Origin: an uncultured Acidobacteriota bacterium
GTDB taxonomy: Bacteria > Acidobacteriota > Terriglobia > UBA7540 > JAPUME01
Length of the DNA: 40,680 bases
Reading direction: 5' to 3'
Assembly: GCA_964605715.1 (NCBI GenBank)
Contig: CAZSDV010000001.1
Location: 12,022-52,701, forward strand
Both the position numbers and the translations under genes were made by a program. Under the pieces are notes generated by a model. That model was given only the letters and a program-made list of their open reading frames with translations. It was not told the DNA's origin and searched no databases. Shown piece by piece: positions 1-8,874 of this stretch. The first letter of the stretch is position 1. Each line of letters starts with the position of its first letter.

Positions 1-1
1 A

Positions 2-154
2 ATGGACGACGAAGAACAAGATCGACTGGATATGGCTGCTGACCTCACCCTAAATTCACGCCTAGGATGCCAGTCGGCAATAGAACAGGATGGAGAGGTG
101 GTCGTGGAGGTTCCGGAGTGGAATCGTAACTACGTCAGCGAGGGTGGAGAGTAG
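2..154 (+). CDS. fdx: ISC-type [2Fe-2S] ferredoxin, C-terminal part (5' end lies outside the window)
   Basis: My translation from base 2 gives MDDEEQDRLDMAADLTLNSRLGCQSAIEQDGEVVVEVPEWNRNYVSEGGE*. The E-x-D-x-L-D...SRLGCQ motif is typical of adrenodoxin-type ferredoxins, and the gene lies just upstream of iscX. Confidence 0.9.
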   Translation: MDDEEQDRLDMAADLTLNSRLGCQSAIEQDGEVVVEVPEWNRNYVSEGGE

Positions 155-257
155 ATGGTGGCTGGCCCAAAAAAGAAAGAGCAGACCGTTCCCTTTGCTA
201 AGCTTTAGAAAGGAAATAACATTTCCTTATCTGGCCTATGAATGCGAGGTTTGAACA

Positions 258-473
258 ATGGCCCTGACCTGGTCAGACCACGAAAATATTGCTATTGATC
301 TGCTGGAAAAATTCCCTGATAGAGATCCCCTTACTGTCCGCTTCACCGACCTCCACAGGTGGGTAACGGAGCTGCAGGACTTTGAAGACGACCCCGACGC
401 TTCGAATGAAGGTAAGCTGGAGGCCATTCAAATGGCTTGGCATGAAGAGTGGAAAGACGCTCAGGAAGATTAA
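258..473 (+). CDS. iscX: Fe-S cluster assembly protein IscX
   Basis: 71 aa acidic protein with W-x-D..IAI.L..KFP..DP..VRFTDLH.WV..L..F.DDP..SNE..LEAIQ..W; follows fdx. Confidence 0.95.
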   Translation: MALTWSDHENIAIDLLEKFPDRDPLTVRFTDLHRWVTELQDFEDDPDASNEGKLEAIQMAWHEEWKDAQED

Positions 474-517
474 CTCTCCGAATCCCGGGCTCCCCTTGGC
501 TCCCGGAAAAGGATTAG

Positions 518-1999
518 ATGATGAAGGAATTACGGACGCTCATTAAAGAAAACTTTTTTGGAATAAGTCTCACTTTGATTGCCCTATGTTGCCTCGCAGT
601 TTCGGGAGTGATGTATTTTTCCAACCAAAACTTCTCTTCTTATGTCCGGGCAGAGATCCCAGGACTCGACCAAGCCCAGATTGAGATTCTGGAGGTCCAG
701 AACCAGGCATTTGCCGCGATCGCCCGGGCCGTTACTCCTGCTGTTGTTAATGTGGGAACGAAAAAAATCATCCGCGTTCGCGAGTCTCCTTTTATGAACG
801 ATCCCTTTTTTCGACAGTTCTTTGGTAACTTTTCTGGGATTCCTCGCGAGCGAGTAGAGCAGTCCCTGGGGAGCGGTGTTATTGTCTCGCAGGAGGGGTA
901 CATTGTGACGAACAATCACGTTATCGCACAAGCCGATGAAATTAAGGTTCTCTTGTCGGACCGTCGTGAGTTCGAAGCGGAGCTTGTGGGAACCGACCCT
1001 GCCACTGATGTTGCGGTTATTAAGGTGAAAGGGGAAAACCTTCCCGCTGTTCCTTGGGGGGATTCAGCCCACCTCCAGGTGGGTGATACGGTGCTCGCGT
1101 TCGGAAATCCATTCGGACTTAACTTCACCGTTACTCGCGGTATGGTCAGTGCAGTGGGCCGCCCCGGGATGGGATTAGCCCAGTATGGGGATTTTATCCA
1201 GACTGATGCGGCCATCAATATGGGCAATTCAGGAGGGGCGCTGGTTAATGTGCGCGGTGAGTTGGTAGGAATCAACCTTGCGACCACACAGGGAGGTTTT
1301 AGTGGTGTGGGCTTTGCTATCCCGAGTGCCATGGCACGCTCTGTTTTCAAGAGCTTGGTAGAAACGGGCCGAGTGGTTAGGGGGTTTCTTGGGATTAGTG
1401 TTGTAAACCTTAATCAGGCCCTGGCCAACCAATATAATGCCCCTTCATTGGATGGCGTTCTTGTGTCTAATGTTTCCTCCTCGGGTCCCGCCGGTGATGC
1501 AGGTATTCGCCGAGGAGATATCATTTTGGAGTTGAACGGTGACACCGTACGGTCTGATGAGCAGTGGATCGCTGTTGTCGCCTCCACTTCTCCTGGCACA
1601 GAGGTTCAGCTACACATAATTCGTGATGGAAAGCCCCTTTTGATTCAGGTTGAAGTAGGCGAAGAGCCGTCTTCACGCCGGAGAAAAGTTGGCGGCTCAA
1701 CCTCAATTGAGCGGGGTGTATTACGAGGCATGGAGATTCAGGATTTAACGCCGGAGATCCTAAGGGAACTTCGCCTCTCACCAGACACTCAGGGTGTGCT
1801 TATCAGTGTAATTGACAGGAGTAGTCCTGCCGCTCGAGTAGGTCTCGGACCAGGAGATATTATCATGGGAGTCAATCGCAAACCCGTCCAATCCATAGAG
1901 GAGGTTGAGAGAATTGCCGGGCGTTTGGGAAATGCTGTTAGTTTACAGATGAATCGGCAGGGATTTTCTTTTGGGGTAACAATATCCACTAGGCCCTAG
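518..1999 (+). CDS. Do/DegP (HtrA) family serine endoprotease with two PDZ domains
   Basis: N-terminal hydrophobic anchor, DPFFRQFFG loop, catalytic triad motifs TNNHV, TDVAV and GNSGG, and two PDZ-like segments (GIRRGDII, GLGPGDII). Confidence 0.95.
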   Translation: MMKELRTLIKENFFGISLTLIALCCLAVSGVMYFSNQNFSSYVRAEIPGLDQAQIEILEVQNQAFAAIARAVTPAVVNVGTKKIIRVRESPFMNDPFFRQFFGNFSGIPRERVEQSLGSGVIVSQEGYIVTNNHVIAQADEIKVLLSDRREFEAELVGTDPATDVAVIKVKGENLPAVPWGDSAHLQVGDTVLAFGNPFGLNFTVTRGMVSAVGRPGMGLAQYGDFIQTDAAINMGNSGGALVNVRGELVGINLATTQGGFSGVGFAIPSAMARSVFKSLVETGRVVRGFLGISVVNLNQALANQYNAPSLDGVLVSNVSSSGPAGDAGIRRGDIILELNGDTVRSDEQWIAVVASTSPGTEVQLHIIRDGKPLLIQVEVGEEPSSRRRKVGGSTSIERGVLRGMEIQDLTPEILRELRLSPDTQGVLISVIDRSSPAARVGLGPGDIIMGVNRKPVQSIEEVERIAGRLGNAVSLQMNRQGFSFGVTISTRP

Positions 2000-2038
2000 G
2001 AGGGATATCCAGGCCAAAGGGCGAGGGATGAATCGAAC

Positions 2039-3655
2039 TCAGCCATTTGTGAAGGAGTTTAGGTTCCGGGTTCGTGCCGCTGGCGCCAGGTGAGGAGGCC
2101 GTTTCTGCAATAGAGACATGCTACCCATGTAGAAGTAGCCCAACACGAAGAGCATTAGAAAGGGAGTAAGGGTGTAGTGGGAGTTTGTGGCTGAGTAATA
2201 GAGGATAAAAGTGAAATAGCAGCCGTGTATTAATTCCAATAACGGGGTCCAACCCAGGCTCATTGAATACCCTTTGTTTTTCCAAGAATCCTGCCTTTTT
2301 TCCACGCAATACTTGGGTGTTCTTTTGAAGCTCGATTTCCAACCAATTAGCGCTTCGAATACAGCTTTGGTGTTACTTAACGACAAACCTATCCCTACCG
2401 CCATTAGGAGTGGGATAAATTTGATGCTCTTCTTCCAATTCCGAGGGTCAAGTTCCCTTTGGGTGACCAAGTAAAAAGAAAATATGGAACTGGTTGCTAT
2501 AAGGAAAAGTGGGAGATCAATAGTTAACACCTGGGACCACCCTCGATAGGAACGAATAATAATGGCTGGTAAAAGTAGATAGGCCAGCGCCAATAAAAGC
2601 GGGTAGCAGATGTTTGCGCTGAGGTGAAAAAAGGCTTCTACCTTTACTCGGATTGGTAAAGGACTATTCCAGATACGCGGCAAAATCTTTTTGGCATTCT
2701 GGGTCAGTCCCTTGGCCCACCGTGCCTGTTGTGTCTTGAATGCATTCATCTCCACTGGCAACTCAGAAGGACAGGTTATGTGTGGCGCGTATATAAACCG
2801 CCATCCTTTCATCTGTGCTCGGTAGCTAAGATCAGTGTCTTCGGTTAAGGTGTCATGTTGCCACCCACCGGAAGACTCAATGGCTGCTCGGCGCCACATA
2901 CCCACGGTCCCGTTAAAATTGAAAAATAGCCCGGAGAAATTCCTCCCACCGTGCTCGACAGTAAAGTGACTGTCGAGAAGTAAGGATTCCACGCGCGTAA
3001 GCAGGGAGTAGTTCCGATTTAGCCATGTCCAGCGTCCCTGGACAACACCTATTTCTGGATTAGTGAAGTATTTAACCATGTGGCGCAAGACATCACGCGG
3101 AGGTACGAAATCCGCGTCAAATATAGCGATGAATTCCCCTTTTGCTACCCTGAGGCCTTCAGCTAGGGCGCCGGCCTTAAATCCCTCGCGGCTGTTGCGA
3201 TGGATATAGTGCACGTGGTGCCCCAGGGTGGCATACTCATGGCACAGCCCTTCGGCAATCTTGCTTGTCTCGTCGGTAGAGTCGTCAAGGACCTGGATTT
3301 CTAATTTCTCGCGAGGGTAGTTAAGAGTCGTAACAGCCTTTAAGAGTCTGTCAACGACATATCGTTCATTGTAAATTGGCAACTGAACCGTAACGGAGGG
3401 CAGCTGCTCGAACCCTTCTAATGTTAAGGGTGCCCTGTGTCGATTACGTAGATAGAGATAGATAAGGTGGTAGCGGTGTAATCCGTAGATAGACAAGAGG
3501 ACCAGGACAAGGAAATAGGGAATCAAAATGACCGAGTCCAAAACATCAGCGCGGTAGAAGCCACTGAAAGGGTGGTTTCTGGAAAGTAGCTCCCGGGGCA
3601 GCGAGAAATATTCCAGGTTCGAAAGGAGGATAGAAAGTTTCCCTATAGGTACCAT
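2039..3655 (-). CDS. Processive GT2 glycosyltransferase (cellulose-synthase-like)
   Basis: VTVQLPIYNE, DDSTD, KAGAL, DAD, TED and QQARW (D,D,D,QxxRW) motifs, with N- and C-terminal transmembrane segments. Confidence 0.92.
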   Translation of the reverse strand: MVPIGKLSILLSNLEYFSLPRELLSRNHPFSGFYRADVLDSVILIPYFLVLVLLSIYGLHRYHLIYLYLRNRHRAPLTLEGFEQLPSVTVQLPIYNERYVVDRLLKAVTTLNYPREKLEIQVLDDSTDETSKIAEGLCHEYATLGHHVHYIHRNSREGFKAGALAEGLRVAKGEFIAIFDADFVPPRDVLRHMVKYFTNPEIGVVQGRWTWLNRNYSLLTRVESLLLDSHFTVEHGGRNFSGLFFNFNGTVGMWRRAAIESSGGWQHDTLTEDTDLSYRAQMKGWRFIYAPHITCPSELPVEMNAFKTQQARWAKGLTQNAKKILPRIWNSPLPIRVKVEAFFHLSANICYPLLLALAYLLLPAIIIRSYRGWSQVLTIDLPLFLIATSSIFSFYLVTQRELDPRNWKKSIKFIPLLMAVGIGLSLSNTKAVFEALIGWKSSFKRTPKYCVEKRQDSWKNKGYSMSLGWTPLLELIHGCYFTFILYYSATNSHYTLTPFLMLFVLGYFYMGSMSLLQKRPPHLAPAARTRNLNSFTNG

Positions 3656-3824
3656 CGTAAAAAGGTTTTCATTCCCCCATTATTAAATTAACTATTTAGT
3701 CTATGATGTTTTATTTCTTAACGGAAAATCCAACTGGTACAGGGGAGGAATGAAATTTCGCAGATTCCGTTAGAGAAAATTTTCTTTCCTCTCCACTCCT
3801 AGTAGTCTAATCTCAACGGTACAG

Positions 3825-5204
3825 ATGTGCACTAGGTATTCTAGGGTTAAAATTGTGGGCTTGGCCGCATTACTAGGTGCAGCCCTAGTTTTAGCCTCGA
3901 TCTACTATTCCTTCCGCATGATGGGCAATCTAGGTGCCAACCTAGTAGAGTTTATAGGAATGACTTTCCTAGCAGGTGCAATTTTTCTTTGCGCTGTCTA
4001 TCTGGTCGAGAACTACAGATGTGGTCATTGGGGTCTTGGAATCATACTTGGTGGGGCCCTATTGTTCAGACTCCTACTCCTTCCTATGTGGCCATCCCTA
4101 TCACAGGATCTTTATCGTTATCGCTGGCAGGGGCGCGCCCAGCATGAAGGGTTAAACCCTTATACAGTGACTCCGGCAACACCTAGCCTGGAACATCTGC
4201 GGGACGAGACCTATCAGCTAATGGGTACCAAGGACCTCCTTTCGGTTTACCCTCCGCTTGCGGAACAACTCTTTGCTTGGATTTTCCGCCTAACCCCTTC
4301 AGTCGTTGGCTTTAAAAGCTTGTTTGTCATGTTCGACCTAGCTTCAGTAGTGGTCCTCCTGTTGCTTTTAAAAACCAGGAGGCTTCCTTTGGCGCGAGTT
4401 ATTATCTACGCCTGGAACCCCCTGGTCATAACTTCCTTCGCAGCTTCTGGCCACTATGATTCGGTGGCCATTCTTACTTTACTTCTCGCCCTTCTATTCA
4501 TGGTGGGACGGAAACCCATGTTATCAACCTGCCTTCTAGCTTTATCTACCCTAACTAAGCTTTTTCCTATCTTGTTGTTTCCTGCTTTGTTGAAGAGGAC
4601 GCTCGAAAACAGACGGAGAGCTGATACCATTTCAGATCGGATTTTTTGGTTTTGGCGTGGAGCGAAGTACGCTGTACTTTTTGCTTTCCTCATAGGATTA
4701 CCCTTCCTTCTTTATGGTCCTGTGGGTACTGGCACTATTTTTGAGGGATTAGATCACTTTGTGAATAACTACGAGAATAACGATAGTCTCTTTCGTATTA
4801 TTCGTTTTTGTGGGAACTCCCACATGCAGGCGCAGTTGGTTGCCGGCGTGTTTGTGGTTGCATTGTTAGTTGGGGCACTAAAAAAGTGGGCAGATCCTCT
4901 GAAGATCGCTCTGTTGATGACCGCGGCCATTATTTTATTTTCTCCGAACTCATTTCCTTGGTATTTTACTTGGTCGATTCCTTTCCTATGTTTCTATCCT
5001 AATTCTGCCGGTTTATTGATGAGCGTTACAGCAACCCTAGGTTACGCACCACTCGTGGAATACAATGCCTTGGGGTCCTACAATGACAGTCAACTGTTCT
5101 TGTGGCTGGAATACGGGCCGGTGTTTGCCCTGGGGGCAGGATTGCTTTTCCTTCGACAGATAATGCCAGGTAGAGACCTAAGCCTGTACAGTAAAGCTGG
5201 TTGA
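3825..5204 (+). CDS. Polytopic GT-C membrane glycosyltransferase (GT87/DUF2029-like)
   Basis: About 10-12 hydrophobic segments with DLYRYRW.G, G.NPY, YPP, YAWNPL, SGH.D and PWY motifs. Confidence 0.8.
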   Translation: MCTRYSRVKIVGLAALLGAALVLASIYYSFRMMGNLGANLVEFIGMTFLAGAIFLCAVYLVENYRCGHWGLGIILGGALLFRLLLLPMWPSLSQDLYRYRWQGRAQHEGLNPYTVTPATPSLEHLRDETYQLMGTKDLLSVYPPLAEQLFAWIFRLTPSVVGFKSLFVMFDLASVVVLLLLLKTRRLPLARVIIYAWNPLVITSFAASGHYDSVAILTLLLALLFMVGRKPMLSTCLLALSTLTKLFPILLFPALLKRTLENRRRADTISDRIFWFWRGAKYAVLFAFLIGLPFLLYGPVGTGTIFEGLDHFVNNYENNDSLFRIIRFCGNSHMQAQLVAGVFVVALLVGALKKWADPLKIALLMTAAIILFSPNSFPWYFTWSIPFLCFYPNSAGLLMSVTATLGYAPLVEYNALGSYNDSQLFLWLEYGPVFALGAGLLFLRQIMPGRDLSLYSKAG

Positions 5205-6305
5205 GGTGCGGCTAATGCGGCGATAGAGCGTGTCGCGTTCAAGTGGTTCGCGCCCAGCTTCGCGGATCAACCGCTCTAGTCCCTCACGGGTTAGCGATTG
5301 CGAGGTAGTTGCACCAGCATCATGGTAGATTTTTTCTTCCACCACAGTTCCGTCGATGTCATCAGCCCCGAACCGGAGAGCCACTTGTGCGATGGAAGGG
5401 GTTAACATGATCCAGTAGGCCTTAATGTGAGGGAAGTTGTCGAGCAGTAAGCGTGAAATAGCGATATTTTTAAGGTCCATGAAACCTGTTGGTTTGGGCA
5501 CTTTCTCTAGGCCGGTATTTTCGGGATGGAAAGCCAATGGGATAAAGGTCATGAATCCGGAAGTTTTATCTTGAAGATTGCGGAGCTCGAGCAGGTGCCC
5601 CACTCGGTCCTCAGAGGTTTCAATATGGCCATAGAGCATTGTGGCATTTGAGTTAAGCCCTAGCTCGTGAGCGATGCGATGTACTTTAAGCCAGGTATGG
5701 GCCCCAATCTTGTGGTCGCAGATAATACGCCGCACCTTTGGGGCAAAAATTTCTGCACCACCTCCAGGCAGGGATCCCAAACCTGATTCTTTCAATCGGA
5801 CAATGGTTTCACGCAGTCCAAGCTTGGCAATCCTTGCTAGGTAGGCGATCTCGACGGCCGTGAACGCTTTTAGGTGAACGCTAGGGAAGCGCTCCCTCAG
5901 GCCTGCCAGCAGATCACAGAAGTAGTTAAACGGGAGGTCTGGGTGGAGGCCACCCACAATATGAAATTCCGTGATTGCCTCAGTCCAGCCTTGAGACGCG
6001 GTGCGGAAGACCTCTTCTAGGGTCATGGTGTATGCACCATCTCCTCCGGGCTTGCGGCCGAAAGCACACAGCTTGCAACTGGCTACACACACGTTGGTGG
6101 GATTGATGTGGCGATTGATGTTGAAATAGGTGACGTTCCCATGCCGCTTCTCGCGGACATAATTTGCCAGGTGTCCGATGGCCAGCAGGTCGTCAGATTC
6201 ATAAAGTCTAATACCCTCTTCTAAGGATAGCCGTTCTCCACAAAAGACCTTTTCCGCAATAGGCTTCAAGGTTTGATCTTCGAATTGGATTCGACGGCGA
6301 GGCAT
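5178..6305 (-). CDS. mqnE: Aminofutalosine synthase (radical SAM, futalosine menaquinone pathway)
   Basis: NRHINPTNVCVASCKLCAF (CxxxCxxC), EFHIVGGLHP, PGGGAEIF, NATMLYGHIE, HIKAYW and GTVVEEKIYHDAGA. Confidence 0.9.
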   Translation of the reverse strand: MPRRRIQFEDQTLKPIAEKVFCGERLSLEEGIRLYESDDLLAIGHLANYVREKRHGNVTYFNINRHINPTNVCVASCKLCAFGRKPGGDGAYTMTLEEVFRTASQGWTEAITEFHIVGGLHPDLPFNYFCDLLAGLRERFPSVHLKAFTAVEIAYLARIAKLGLRETIVRLKESGLGSLPGGGAEIFAPKVRRIICDHKIGAHTWLKVHRIAHELGLNSNATMLYGHIETSEDRVGHLLELRNLQDKTSGFMTFIPLAFHPENTGLEKVPKPTGFMDLKNIAISRLLLDNFPHIKAYWIMLTPSIAQVALRFGADDIDGTVVEEKIYHDAGATTSQSLTREGLERLIREAGREPLERDTLYRRISRTSTSFTVQA

Positions 6306-6314
6306 GGAATAAAC

Positions 6315-6343
6315 ATCTTAACCTGAACCAATTTACTGTGCAA
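6315..6343 (-). promoter_or_regulatory. Putative sigma70 promoter of mqnE
   Basis: Minus strand reads TTGCAC-17 nt-TAAGAT, ending 9 nt before the ATG; no Shine-Dalgarno. Confidence 0.55.
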
Positions 6344-6752
6344 TTGCCTCTGACTAGAACTTGGCAGAATTTCAAACGGCCCCCGGATTATCTCCTCCGG
6401 GAAGAGGTAAAGTTCAATAGTTGTTTTGGATCTATGGCCCTAGGACCTGGGTGGGATTGACCTAACAAGACCACTTTTATTAATAGGTTACAGAGAGTAT
6501 TTTTGGGCCACGCCTAGATAGGGACAAAAATATGGTTCTCTTGCCAGAGACCATCGACGGGTATAGGATTGCAGAGGCACAATTACTAGACCTTTAAAGG
6601 ACCCAGAGCTAAGTATGGCTGTACGGGTTAATTTACGTATGGTAGGGTTTTCCGGGGGTGCGTTTCCGGGCAAAGCCTCTTTGCTGATGAATGACAGCTT
6701 CTCGTTCGGGTAAAAAACGGCCTATTTTTAAGTTGTTTTAAGGAGGAGGATT

Positions 6753-7655
6753 TTGAAAACCAAGATTGCACTCGGGAGCTGGAATTATATCTTTGGGCCC
6801 TATGGCGAACGACCTATTTCAATTGAAGAGACGGTAGAGAGGCTTTCTGCAGCAGGCTATGACGGGGTGGAACTTTGCGGCTTTAAGCCGCACGTACACC
6901 CCGACCTCTATTCAACCCCTGAGAGCCGCGAAAAACTAAAAGGATTGCTTTCTGGGAACGGGTTAATGACGTCAGGATACGCGCCTGACTTTACGGCCGT
7001 TCCTCCGGCCACTTCCACGGCAGAGGATTACAAAAGAGTTTTTCGCCAGGTGCTTGATTTAGGGAGCGATATTGGCATGCCAAAGCTGCGTGTGGACACC
7101 GTGACTTCCCCTGATTCCCTCCAAGGGGCTGAATATGAAGAGGCCCTTAATAAGATAGCAAGTGTGTGGCGTGAGTGTGCCCAGATGGCCGCCGACTCAG
7201 GTGTAGTCCTGGCGTGGGAATTTGAACCAGGATTTATTCTCAATAAACCGAGTGAAATTATAGAGTTGATCTCCACTGTAAACCATGACAATTTTACTGC
7301 TTTGTTCGATACTAGCCATGCACAGATGTGTGCCGTTGTAGGTGCTCGACAGGTAGGAGAAAAGGAGACGCTAAAAGGGGGCGTTCTAGAATTTATTGAA
7401 AAACTTGCCGGTAAGATTGGCCACCTTCACTTAATTGATAGTGATAATACGTTACATGACGACGAGACTAGCCGCCACGCACCGTTTGGAAGCGGCGTGT
7501 TGGATTTTGACGAGCTAATCCCAGCGGTCCTGAAGGCTGGCTACCAAGATGCCTGGTGGGTGGTGGATCTTTGTTTTGAGCCAAACGCCTGGGAACTAAC
7601 TGACCAATCCAAAAAATTTATGGATGGGCTGCGCTCGAAATACGGACGAGATTGA
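6753..7655 (+). CDS. Sugar phosphate isomerase/epimerase family TIM-barrel protein (AP_endonuc_2 / xylose-isomerase-like)
   Basis: AGYDGVEL plus metal-ligand motifs WEFEPG, DTSH and HLHLID, and H.PFG.G..DF. TTG start after a strong AAGGAGGAGG SD; no signal peptide. Confidence 0.85.
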   Translation: MKTKIALGSWNYIFGPYGERPISIEETVERLSAAGYDGVELCGFKPHVHPDLYSTPESREKLKGLLSGNGLMTSGYAPDFTAVPPATSTAEDYKRVFRQVLDLGSDIGMPKLRVDTVTSPDSLQGAEYEEALNKIASVWRECAQMAADSGVVLAWEFEPGFILNKPSEIIELISTVNHDNFTALFDTSHAQMCAVVGARQVGEKETLKGGVLEFIEKLAGKIGHLHLIDSDNTLHDDETSRHAPFGSGVLDFDELIPAVLKAGYQDAWWVVDLCFEPNAWELTDQSKKFMDGLRSKYGRD

Positions 7656-7675
7656 CATTTTGAGGAGAGATTCCA

Positions 7676-8815
7676 ATGGCGCAAAAAGTAAACGTTGGAA
7701 TTATTGGACACGGTTTCATGGGTCGCGCCCACAGTAATGCCTACGGGCAGGTGGGTAAGTTTTTCGACACAGGTATCGAACCGGTAATGAAGGTGGTTTG
7801 TGGACGTAATAGGGAAGCGACTGAAGTCTTTGCTCGTAACTGGGGATGGCAGGAGGTGGAAACTGACTGGCGACGCCTGGTAGAGCGCAAAGATGTTGAA
7901 ATGATCGATATTTGCAGCCCCAATAATTCCCACTATGAAATCGCAATGGCTGCTGCGGACGCAGGTAAGATGATCGCCTGTGAAAAACCGTTGGCCATGA
8001 ATAGCACTGAGGCTTACGCCATGACTGAGGCTGTTAAGAAGGCCGGTGTTCCTAATATGGTTTGGTATAACTACCGGCGCATACCAGCCATTACCTTGGC
8101 TAAACAGGTAATTGAGGAAGGCCGGTTGGGGCGCATCTTCCACTACCGCTCCTCTTTTCTGCAGGATTGGACGATTAGCCCGGAGGTGCCGATGGTCTGG
8201 CGGCTTGACAAGGACATAGCTGGGAGTGGAGTCTCTGGTGACCTGGTGTCCCATCTCCTCGATACAGCCCGGTACTTAATTGGGGAATTTTCTGCTGTTA
8301 CCGCGTTGACCAAGGTTTTTGTGGAGGAACGCGATTTTGAGGATGCAAAGGAAAGAAAGAAACGAAGGAAGGTTGAGATCGATGATGCTTGCTTGGTTCT
8401 GGCTGAGTTTGCAAACGGAGCTGTTGGCACTTTTGAGGCTACTCGCTACGCTCGCGGCAACAAAGCCGTGAATAACTTCGAGGTCAATGGCGAGAAAGGG
8501 TCGATTGGGTTTGATCTGGAAGATATGATGCATTTGAAGTATTTCGACTACGATGATGATAAGCATCTCCAGGGATTTCGGAACATCCTGGTTACTGGAG
8601 CTGAACATCCCTACATGGCGAAGTGGTGGGTTCCGGGGCTTTCAATTGGTTACGAGCACACTTTTGCCCACCAGTTGGCAGACTTTTTCGGGACCGTGAG
8701 TGAGGGGGAAGAGTTTGAACCTGATTTTGAGGAGGCTACGCGGTGTCAATTAATTCTTGATGCAATCTTAGAGGCTGCTTCCAGCCGCACTCGTGTGGAG
8801 GTGAGGGCATTTTGA
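7676..8815 (+). CDS. Gfo/Idh/MocA family NAD(P)-dependent oxidoreductase
   Basis: Rossmann motif GIIGHGFMG, CEKP, WRLD..AGSG...DL.SH..D; GAGGAG SD; no signal peptide. Confidence 0.92.
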   Translation: MAQKVNVGIIGHGFMGRAHSNAYGQVGKFFDTGIEPVMKVVCGRNREATEVFARNWGWQEVETDWRRLVERKDVEMIDICSPNNSHYEIAMAAADAGKMIACEKPLAMNSTEAYAMTEAVKKAGVPNMVWYNYRRIPAITLAKQVIEEGRLGRIFHYRSSFLQDWTISPEVPMVWRLDKDIAGSGVSGDLVSHLLDTARYLIGEFSAVTALTKVFVEERDFEDAKERKKRRKVEIDDACLVLAEFANGAVGTFEATRYARGNKAVNNFEVNGEKGSIGFDLEDMMHLKYFDYDDDKHLQGFRNILVTGAEHPYMAKWWVPGLSIGYEHTFAHQLADFFGTVSEGEEFEPDFEEATRCQLILDAILEAASSRTRVEVRAF

Positions 8816-8874
8816 TGCAGGATAAAGGTTTTACAAGTTTTGGGCGCTGAACTCATGGACATGAAGAGGGATGG

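Noticed and set aside
5178-5204. 27-nt tail-to-tail overlap of the GT-C gene and mqnE
   Set aside because: Short convergent overlaps are commonplace and there is no sign of function.
7541-8254. 237-aa antisense ORF and the many other 60-150 aa shadow ORFs in the track
   Set aside because: They lie opposite or inside well-supported genes and show no recognisable motifs.
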